From the NCBI GenBank assembly GCA_964504255.1, contig CAZDDU010000002.1, positions 60,385 through 124,384 on the forward strand: DNA of 64,000 nt. The letters run 5' to 3'. The position numbers and the translations under genes are program-made. The notes below the pieces were generated by a model. The model saw only the letters and a list, made by a program, of their open reading frames with translations. It had not been told where the DNA came from and made no database searches. Position 1 is the first letter of the stretch; each line of letters starts with the position of its first letter. Shown here piece by piece: positions 55,887-62,603 of this stretch. This DNA comes from an uncultured Candidatus Saccharibacteria bacterium. Lineage in GTDB: Bacteria > Patescibacteriota > Minisyncoccia > Phycocordibacterales > Zambryskibacteraceae.

Positions 55887-58043
55887 TCAAGCCACCACAA
55901 TATTCACAACTTTTCCCGGGATTACAATCACCTTTTTGACCTCCACTCCCTCTAACCACTTTGATACATCAGTGTTAGATAGAGCTAATTTCTCAATTTC
56001 ATCTTGATTTTGATCTTTGGAGACGACTATTTGGGCTCTTACCTTACCATTTACTTGGACTACCATGGTTATCTCACTTTTTATCAATTTGGACTCATCA
56101 TGTGCAGGCCAAGGTGTTGCGTGAACAGATTCACTGTGGCCGAGAGTACCCCAGAGTTCTTCTGTCATATGTGGGGCAAAAGGTGCTAGAAGTTTGAGCA
56201 ATGCTTCATACTCGTCTTTGGTAACACCTCCACGCTTCTCTAGTGTGTTCGTGTATATCATCAGTGAAGAGACTGCCGTGTTGAAACTCATGTTCTCTAT
56301 ATCCTCACTAACCTTCTTGATCACACTATTCATCTCAAAATTGTCATCCACTGATAGATCAGACCAAGCAGAACTATTGAGTCTCCATACTTTCTCTAAA
56401 AATCTTCTTGGTCCCACAAGACTTGCCTCACTCCACGCTATTGCTTGCTCGAAGGGGCCCATAAACATCTCATAAACACGAAGAGTATCTGCGCCGAATT
56501 GTTCTATAACCATGTCGGGGTTCACCACATTACCTCTAGACTTACTCATCTTCTCTCCACCTTCACCGAGGATGAAACCGTGTGAGGTGCGCTTCTTGTA
56601 TGGCTCGCTAGTCGGCACGAGTCCGATGTCGAACAAGAATTTGTTCCAAAAGCGCGAATAGAGAAGGTGGAGAGTGGTGTGTTCCATACCACCGTTGTAC
56701 CAATCGACTGGTGCGAAGTACTTGAGAGCGTCTTTAGATGCAAATGCCTCATCATTCTCTGGGTCCATATAGCGGAGGAAGTACCATGAGGATCCTGCCC
56801 AGTTAGGCATGGTATCTGTTTCTCTCTTGGCCTCGCCTCCGCACTTTGGACACTTGGTGTTAACCCACGAATCAATCGATGCAAGTGGTGACTCTCCGGA
56901 ATCAGTTGGTTGGTAATTTTCTACCTCAGGCAGGAGCACTGGCAGGTCGCTCTCTGGTACTGGCACTACTCCACACTTAGCACAGTGTATTACTGGTATT
57001 GGCTCTCCCCAGTATCTCTGACGACTAAAGACCCAGTCACGAAGTTTGTACTTAACCACCCTCTTGCCAAAGTCCTCGAACCCCGCCTTCTTATAATCTG
57101 TAACGATTGGCAAATTATGCTTCTTGGCAAAAACCATATCTCTCTCGTCGTCCGCTGGCACACCCATAATGGCGCCTGTGCCGTAGTCGGAGAGCACATA
57201 CTCTGCCTCCCATACTGGGATCTTCTCCTTTGTCGCAGGGTTTGTAACGTATCTACCTGTAAATTTATCTTCCTTGCCCGAGACAACAAGAAAGGTTGCG
57301 CCATATATAGTGTCGGGACGAGTAGTATAGATCTCGATATCGTCAAACTTTATGAGTGCCCCCTCACTCTTACCTATCCAGTTTCTTTGTTGAGCCTTAA
57401 CTCTCTCTGGGTAATCCACAGTATCGAGGTCTTGAAGCAGCTTTTCTGCATAATCAGTAATCTTGAGCATCCACTGCTCCTTATCTCTCATCTCCACCTC
57501 TGTGCCACACCTCTCACACTTGCCGTCTACGACCTCCTCATTAGCGAGACCGATCTTGTCCTTCGGGCACCAGTTGATAGGCATCTTCGTCTTGTAAGCC
57601 AAACCATGCTCCAAGAATTTAAGGAAGATCCATTGAGTCCACTTGTAGTACTTAGGATCAGTAGTATCGACCTCTCTAGACCAGTCGAAGGATATACCAA
57701 GCGCCTTTAATTGGCGTCTATAATTTTCTATATTTTTTTTCGTTGTGACGGAGGGATGGATACCTGTCTTCAATGCATAATTTTCTGCTGGTAGACCGAA
57801 CGCGTCCCAACCAATTGGATAGAGTACATTAAGATTCTCTCGCCTACGCTTGCGAGAGACTATATCCATAGCGGTGTAGCTCCTTACATGTCCAGTATGA
57901 AGACCCTCGCCAGATGGGTAAGGGAATTCTATAAGCGAGTACCACTTAGGCTTGGCGGAATCCTTAGTTGCATTGTTCTGACCAGTTTCGTCCCACTTGT
58001 CCTGCCACTTCTTCTCTATTTCTTTTGGATCGTACTCCTTCAT
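55887..58043 (-). CDS. leuS: Leucine-tRNA ligase (compact)
   Basis: FPYPSGEGLHTGH, GWDAFGLPAEN, SRQRYWG, KMSKS. Confidence 0.98.
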   Translation of the reverse strand: MKEYDPKEIEKKWQDKWDETGQNNATKDSAKPKWYSLIEFPYPSGEGLHTGHVRSYTAMDIVSRKRRRENLNVLYPIGWDAFGLPAENYALKTGIHPSVTTKKNIENYRRQLKALGISFDWSREVDTTDPKYYKWTQWIFLKFLEHGLAYKTKMPINWCPKDKIGLANEEVVDGKCERCGTEVEMRDKEQWMLKITDYAEKLLQDLDTVDYPERVKAQQRNWIGKSEGALIKFDDIEIYTTRPDTIYGATFLVVSGKEDKFTGRYVTNPATKEKIPVWEAEYVLSDYGTGAIMGVPADDERDMVFAKKHNLPIVTDYKKAGFEDFGKRVVKYKLRDWVFSRQRYWGEPIPVIHCAKCGVVPVPESDLPVLLPEVENYQPTDSGESPLASIDSWVNTKCPKCGGEAKRETDTMPNWAGSSWYFLRYMDPENDEAFASKDALKYFAPVDWYNGGMEHTTLHLLYSRFWNKFLFDIGLVPTSEPYKKRTSHGFILGEGGEKMSKSRGNVVNPDMVIEQFGADTLRVYEMFMGPFEQAIAWSEASLVGPRRFLEKVWRLNSSAWSDLSVDDNFEMNSVIKKVSEDIENMSFNTAVSSLMIYTNTLEKRGGVTKDEYEALLKLLAPFAPHMTEELWGTLGHSESVHATPWPAHDESKLIKSEITMVVQVNGKVRAQIVVSKDQNQDEIEKLALSNTDVSKWLEGVEVKKVIVIPGKVVNIVVA

Positions 58044-58049
58044 CCGTAA

Positions 58050-58994
58050 TTACTTCTTAACTACTGGGTAAAGCACAGGATCAATAGTACGAGAGAAACA
58101 TTCTTGCCCGGACTTGTGGTCCCAATTCTCCCCAACACCACCATTGTAGTACACAGGTTTTGCCGAGATAGAAGCTATATCTATTCCACTATTCACTGGT
58201 ATACCCTTCCTTGTCTCTCTGTTAAAGTCCGCACAAAGTTCGAAAGTTAGAGTGCCGGTACTCTTGTAGTCATACGCCTTACCTGTTTGAGAATCCACTG
58301 GCAACTTTTGGTAGCTTAGAGAGTCCTCTAAGTCTGCGAGTGCTCCTGGTAACACACCCTTCATTTGGAAATGGTTAATAACCTGCCACTGAATACCCTG
58401 TAGGTCAGTTATCTTCTTCGCATCGTAACGATATGCTCTCTGGTCCGCTGGCGATCCAATGACCATGAAGCCAACAACTATGGATGCAACAGTAACGATT
58501 AGTGCGCCAACTCTCCAAACATTTCTTTCCGTACTTTGTATAAGATTCTTTATTTCGCGGAGATAATATGCGAAGACTCCTCCAGAAATTACAATAAGAG
58601 TAAGGATCTTCAACATGAATCCTGTTGTTAGTTCCTGACCATCGAGGTACATATAGATCACTGTGATGAGATCTCCAGCAACAATGGCTCCTGCGAGGAA
58701 GATAGTGATGTATCCGAGCAATCTTCTTAGTGTTGCCTCGCGCAAACTTGGGTCAGTTATATACATCTTCTCCAATACTCGGGAAATTAGAAGAAAAATT
58801 GGCAAAGCCACGATAAGAGTAGCTACTTGGAAGCTAATAGATGGGAATGCGTACATGTACGCGTCAGTAACTCTAGGATAGGCAAAGTTGATTACCTCAA
58901 ATAACAAAGTAATAAGTGCTACTACACTGGCATAGAAGCTAACCATAGCACCCAAATGCAAGAAAAAGTCCCTTGCGGTTGTTTTTGTGTTCAT
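58050..58994 (-). CDS. Multi-TM membrane protein, DUF5671-like, with C-terminal soluble domain
   Basis: TARDFFLHLG, five TMs, GSPADQRAYRYD, FELCADF...CF. Confidence 0.7.
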   Translation of the reverse strand: MNTKTTARDFFLHLGAMVSFYASVVALITLLFEVINFAYPRVTDAYMYAFPSISFQVATLIVALPIFLLISRVLEKMYITDPSLREATLRRLLGYITIFLAGAIVAGDLITVIYMYLDGQELTTGFMLKILTLIVISGGVFAYYLREIKNLIQSTERNVWRVGALIVTVASIVVGFMVIGSPADQRAYRYDAKKITDLQGIQWQVINHFQMKGVLPGALADLEDSLSYQKLPVDSQTGKAYDYKSTGTLTFELCADFNRETRKGIPVNSGIDIASISAKPVYYNGGVGENWDHKSGQECFSRTIDPVLYPVVKK

Positions 58995-59050
58995 AAGGCT
59001 ATTATACCAAAATTGAGTTATAATTTCCCTGTCCCCAACCAGGAGTCTTA

Positions 59051-59152
59051 GTGGCTGCTAAGAAGCGTCGTTCCAAGAACTATCGCTACCACGAGCCCCG
59101 CCAGACCCACTGCCACTGCTGTGGAAGATCGCTCAAGAAGCGTCGTCGTTGA
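59051..59152 (+). CDS. Highly basic 33-aa Cys/His microprotein (ORFan cassette; not in ORF track)
   Basis: MAAKKRRSKNYRYHEPRQTHCHCCGRSLKKRRR; AGGAG SD, TATAAT at 59019-59024, terminator downstream. Confidence 0.7.
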   Translation: MAAKKRRSKNYRYHEPRQTHCHCCGRSLKKRRR

Positions 59153-59162
59153 AAGACACCCC

Positions 59163-59187
59163 AATCGGAGCCCGCTCCGATTTTTTT
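59163..59187 (+). terminator. Intrinsic terminator
   Basis: aatcggag-cccg-ctccgatt followed by T-tract. Confidence 0.8.
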
Positions 59188-60001
59188 ATACCAAAAATTC
59201 GATGACGTCTCCGTCCTGTACCACATATTCCTTACCTTCTATTCTTACCCAACCCTTGGCCCGAGCGGCAGCATACGAACCAGCTTCTATGAGTTTGTCA
59301 TAAGCTACAACCTCAGCACGGATAAACTTCTCCATAAAATCAGTATGTATAGATTTCCCTGCCTCCGGCGCAGTTGCATTCCTCTTGGTGGTCCAGGCAC
59401 GAGACTCCTTCTCGCCGGTAGTTAAGAAAGTGATGAGATTCAAAAGGTCGTAACTTGCTTTGATAAGTTGGTCGAGTCCGGTGCCGAAGATAGCATCTAC
59501 TTCTATATATGGTCCTGGGATCTTATCCAGAACGTCTCTCTTGTTCTCTGCAACTTCTGAAGTGTTTACCACATAGAGTACCGGTTTCTTGATACCTGCT
59601 GCCTCGAGCTCCATGTTGATAACCTCAATATCGAAGAGTGGATCAACCTTGTCGTGCACGTGGATGATATCCTTATCTTCAAAGATACGTACAACCTGAA
59701 TAATAGCATCCACCTCACGGATGTTTTGGAGAAATTTGTTGCCGAGCCCTGCACCTTCTGATGCACCCTTAACAAGTCCTGCAATGTCGACAAACTCAAC
59801 AACTGCGGGGATAATCTTCTTCGACTTACTCATCTCACCTAGTCTATCTAGTCTCTCGTCTGGTACAGGCACAATACCAACAGATGGGTCTATGGTACAG
59901 AAGGGGTAGTTCTCCGCCGGCACACTCTTCTTTGTAAGTGCGTTGAAGAGGGTCGACTTCCCCACATTTGGCAAACCAACGATACCGATTGACAGACTCA
60001 T
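59186..60001 (-). CDS. ychF: YchF/OLA1 ATPase, internally shortened
   Basis: GLPNVGKST, NYPFCTIDP, DIAGLV, NTSE, TGS domain with EGKEYVVQDGD. Confidence 0.95.
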   Translation of the reverse strand: MSLSIGIVGLPNVGKSTLFNALTKKSVPAENYPFCTIDPSVGIVPVPDERLDRLGEMSKSKKIIPAVVEFVDIAGLVKGASEGAGLGNKFLQNIREVDAIIQVVRIFEDKDIIHVHDKVDPLFDIEVINMELEAAGIKKPVLYVVNTSEVAENKRDVLDKIPGPYIEVDAIFGTGLDQLIKASYDLLNLITFLTTGEKESRAWTTKRNATAPEAGKSIHTDFMEKFIRAEVVAYDKLIEAGSYAAARAKGWVRIEGKEYVVQDGDVIEFLV

Positions 60002-60017
60002 ATTGAGTCAGTATTGT
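59989..60017 (+). promoter_or_regulatory. sigma70 promoter overlapping ychF start, palindromic spacer
   Basis: TTGACA-gactcatattgagtcag-TATTGT (17 nt). Confidence 0.7.
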
Positions 60018-60050
60018 ATCGAAAGATTCGAACTTTCACAAGGAGTAACG

Positions 60051-60401
60051 ATGTTCGTAGCGCAAATAATTATCCCGAGTATTGTTCTGACTCTATACCT
60101 CCTCCTAACTGCTTGGTTGCTTAATCAAGCCCATAAGTCTGGGGCAAGGATGGCGCAGATGCTCTATGAATCACGAAGGATCAACTCGACAGCAGATTGG
60201 ATTAGGTGGTATCTAAAGAAGTTGAGAAATCCGTATCTCATACTTCTCAAAATCGTGACGGTAGTCGCACTAGTGATGATCCCCCTTCACAGCGCATATG
60301 TCGTCACTTGTGTACTGATCATTTTCTGCTTTGACCTGATGAGGCTAGCGGGTGGAAAACAATACCTTCACGGGTCAGCTCATCAATCGCAGTCTAGCTA
60401 A
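60051..60401 (+). CDS. Three-TM membrane protein, 116 aa (ORFan cassette)
   Basis: Start re-called at ATG 60051 with AAGGAG SD; terminator aatcgcagt/actgcgatt (60385-60409) contains the stop. Confidence 0.75.
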   Translation: MFVAQIIIPSIVLTLYLLLTAWLLNQAHKSGARMAQMLYESRRINSTADWIRWYLKKLRNPYLILLKIVTVVALVMIPLHSAYVVTCVLIIFCFDLMRLAGGKQYLHGSAHQSQSS

Positions 60402-60409
60402 CTGCGATT

Positions 60410-60991
60410 TTATTTTGCTTTTTTACCGAGGTTATTAACCTTTCTCTTCATCCTCTCACTCTGCCACATACCAAAATGTTTGAGGTAACCAAATTTGTAA
60501 ACACGCACAGGAGAGAAACCAGAGAATCCCAAGATGCCCTTTCTAAGCTCGTTTGTAGTATCGCCGAACATGATCCTCTGGATTATTGGCATTGTATCTG
60601 AGGTCACGACCATAGTAGCCGAGCGACCCTTGAGGAGCTTCTGCCACCAATTGCCGTTGTGGGTAAAGTGGTATGCAAAGCCGGGTAACCACACGCGGTC
60701 CATTAGACCCTTAAGTAAGGCGGGCATGGTAGACCACCAAGATGGATAAAATATGACGAAGTGATCAGCCCACTTAACATTTTCTTGGAAGATCTTGAGG
60801 TCTGGCTCTAGCTCTTGGATAGTCTTGTACCCCTTGTGGAGTATGGGGTCGAACTGCATATCACCAAGGTTCATCCTGCGAGTCTCATGTCCAGCCTCTT
60901 CTGCACCTCTTTCATATTCGCTTGCGAGAGTACCGTTCAGGGTATCCTTGTCTGGGTGACCAAGTAGTATAAATATTTTCTTTTTTTTCAT
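60410..60991 (-). CDS. NAD(P)H-dependent quinone oxidoreductase (flavodoxin-2 fold)
   Basis: LGHPD, WADHFVIFYPSWWSTMPALLKGLMDRV. Confidence 0.92.
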   Translation of the reverse strand: MKKKKIFILLGHPDKDTLNGTLASEYERGAEEAGHETRRMNLGDMQFDPILHKGYKTIQELEPDLKIFQENVKWADHFVIFYPSWWSTMPALLKGLMDRVWLPGFAYHFTHNGNWWQKLLKGRSATMVVTSDTMPIIQRIMFGDTTNELRKGILGFSGFSPVRVYKFGYLKHFGMWQSERMKRKVNNLGKKAK

Positions 60992-61010
60992 TGTTACCTA
61001 TTCGTTATTC

Positions 61011-61244
61011 CTAATTCATCATCAAACCCTGTAACTCCTTCTGATTTTCTCTCATGACAGCCATAGTGGCCTCGATCTCTGACTGACCACTCTTCTTCCT
61101 CTTTTCGATCTGGTCTCCAATCTTCTTGAAGAAGTCTGGGTTCTTCTCTACAGCACCAATAATGGCTTTCCTTTGTGCTTCGGGCAGGCTCTTTAGCTTA
61201 TGCTCAAGAACCTTCTTCATCATGAAGTTCTGTATTTTACCCAT
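61011..61244 (-). CDS. Small helical hypothetical protein
   Basis: 77-aa ORF co-oriented within operon; NPDFFKKIG...ATMAVM. Confidence 0.75.
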   Translation of the reverse strand: MGKIQNFMMKKVLEHKLKSLPEAQRKAIIGAVEKNPDFFKKIGDQIEKRKKSGQSEIEATMAVMRENQKELQGLMMN

Positions 61245-61256
61245 TTACTTTAGGAG

Positions 61257-61418
61257 TTAAGCTGCTGACTTAGGAAGAATCTTGTACATTCCTGTACCGC
61301 AAGTTGAGCAAGTACCCTTTGCTGCTGGGCGTCCAGGTTTGATCTCAACTTTCTGTACATCCTTCATCTCACGTTTCTCTTTGCACTTAACACAGTATCC
61401 AATGACTTTTTCGTCCAT
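61257..61418 (-). CDS. DUF5679-like zinc-ribbon protein, 53 aa (not in ORF track)
   Basis: MDEKVIGYCVKCKEKREMKD...GRPAAKGTCSTCGTGMYKIL. Confidence 0.85.
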   Translation of the reverse strand: MDEKVIGYCVKCKEKREMKDVQKVEIKPGRPAAKGTCSTCGTGMYKILPKSAA

Positions 61419-61510
61419 GTGGTTATATTATTCTATTACCCACTCATTATAGCACGTTTTGAGCTCAAATTGTGCTAGTCTAGGTATAGACTTAACTTAC
61501 GGAGTTCCAA

Positions 61511-61687
61511 ATAGCCCGTCCTATTGAAGCAAGTCCAGTTGTCACGGGTGAGGATGCAAAAAAGATTCTGAAGGAGATCAGAGAGGGCACCCCACTCACT
61601 CCTGAGCGCATAGAGCTCTTCAAGAGAGCCGATGAGATCTTCCGCAACTCTGGATCGATCTTCCGCATGAACCGCGAGACTTCCTGA
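61511..61687 (+). CDS. 58-aa ORFan with ATA start (non-canonical start or start-loss pseudogene)
   Basis: (M)ARPIEASPVVTGEDAKKILKEIREGTPLTPERIELFKRADEIFRNSGSIFRMNRETS; GGAG SD 6 nt before ATA; TGcTAGTCT upstream; hairpin cgagact/agtctcg plus T6. Confidence 0.6.
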   Translation: MARPIEASPVVTGEDAKKILKEIREGTPLTPERIELFKRADEIFRNSGSIFRMNRETS

Positions 61688-61699
61688 GTCTCGTTTTTT

Positions 61700-61846
61700 C
61701 TTTTGTGGTCACGGATATTTTGTTCGCCGTCGCTCACAAAATTCCTCGACCCCGGCTCGGTATCTCAAACTACTGTTTTCGATAAACCTCCGCCTTCCAC
61801 AAAAGCACAAAATCCTGCGCAGGCAGGATTCTTGTGTCTTTTGTGG
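61700..61846 (-). other. Structured element downstream of tRNA-Ala
   Basis: cttttgtgg (61700) / ccacaaaag (61797) / cttttgtgg (61838) alternative pairings enclosing several hairpins. Confidence 0.5.
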
Positions 61847-61916
61847 ACCCTATCGGATTCGAACCGATGACCTCCTCATTGCAAATGAGGCGCTCTACCA
61901 ACTAAGCTAAGGGCCC
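61844..61916 (-). tRNA. tRNA-Ala(UGC), CCA not encoded
   Basis: gggcccttagcttagttggtagagcgcctcatttgcaatgaggaggtcatcggttcgaatccgatagggtcca; G3-U70 pair, TGC anticodon, TTCGAAT T-loop. Confidence 0.97.
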
Positions 61917-61934
61917 TTCGATGAACTCAGGACA
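61914..61934 (+). repeat. REP-like repeat abutting tRNA 5' end
   Basis: cccttcgatgaactcaggaca; same core as other copies. Confidence 0.45.
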
Positions 61935-61987
61935 CTATCCTACAAGGCACAATATTAACCAACAAAGGCATAAAAATCAACATATAC

Positions 61988-62016
61988 TTGACATTAGAAT
62001 AACTATGTGATAGTAT
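61988..62016 (+). promoter_or_regulatory. sigma70 promoter for 86-aa ORF
   Basis: TTGACA-17-TAGTAT with TGn extension. Confidence 0.75.
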
Positions 62017-62061
62017 GTTTAGTAGAGATTCAGATCTATAACTCTATTCATTGAGGCTCTG

Positions 62062-62322
62062 ATGCCATACATTCTGCTTTCGGTCCTACTCGGCTGGCTA
62101 GCAGGGTACTTCCTGACCGTGCCCCTCATGGTCTTGATCAGTGTAGTTTGCTTGATCATCGTGATCGGCATGTCCATCAGGCTCCAAGAGATGGCAGGAC
62201 TGGTGACGATAATCTTCGGTGCGTGCGCCATGATCGGGAACCTGATCATGTGGGCGACGTACTACATCGTCACTGACCAGACATTTCTTAGTGATTTCGT
62301 TCAGAAGTACATCACCAGGTAG
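62062..62322 (+). CDS. Very hydrophobic membrane protein, 86 aa (ORFan cassette)
   Basis: GAGG SD, own promoter and terminator. Confidence 0.75.
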   Translation: MPYILLSVLLGWLAGYFLTVPLMVLISVVCLIIVIGMSIRLQEMAGLVTIIFGACAMIGNLIMWATYYIVTDQTFLSDFVQKYITR

Positions 62323-62324
62323 AT

Positions 62325-62373
62325 GCCGCGAGAAGTCGCGAGACGTAAGTCTCCCCGCTTCTCGCGGCTTTTT
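62325..62373 (+). terminator. Long hairpin terminator with GUAA tetraloop
   Basis: gccgcgagaag..gagac-gtaa-gtctc..cttctcgcggc followed by ttttt. Confidence 0.75.
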
Positions 62374-62381
62374 GTTCATTT

Positions 62382-62603
62382 TTATGCGACTTTTCTCTCT
62401 TTTTCAAACACTGCCTGTGCTTGTTTGTTCGTTATAGCTATTTCCTGTCTCTCGACCTCAGCTTCAGCCTCATCTTCTGTGAGACCCTTCTCCACCAACT
62501 TCCTAAGTATCTCTGGTCTCTCGGTGGTGAACTTGAACCTAGGCAAACTAGGATCTCCGTGATAATTATTCTCAGGACTGATATCGAATTTTTCTATACT
62601 CAT
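62382..62603 (-). CDS. Small acidic hypothetical protein
   Basis: 73 aa; start overlaps ddl stop (ATGA). Confidence 0.7.
   Translation of the reverse strand: MSIEKFDISPENNYHGDPSLPRFKFTTERPEILRKLVEKGLTEDEAEAEVERQEIAITNKQAQAVFEKERKVA

Noticed and set aside
56910-57710. 266-aa plus-strand ORF and similar antisense ORFs over dnaB, dnaK, aspS and others
   Set aside because: They lie opposite well-supported core genes and have no motifs or expression signals.
59026-59187. SRP, 6S or other ncRNA in the GC-rich gap
   Set aside because: No recognisable SRP or 6S motifs; an SD-led ORF with terminator explains the sequence better.
59943-60050. N-terminal extension of the 152-aa ORF
   Set aside because: Overlaps ychF and the promoter; AAGGAG supports ATG 60051.
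61492-61737. 81-aa minus-strand ORF from the track
   Set aside because: Begins within the structured tRNA trailer; the opposite strand has SD, -10 and terminator supporting 61511..61687.
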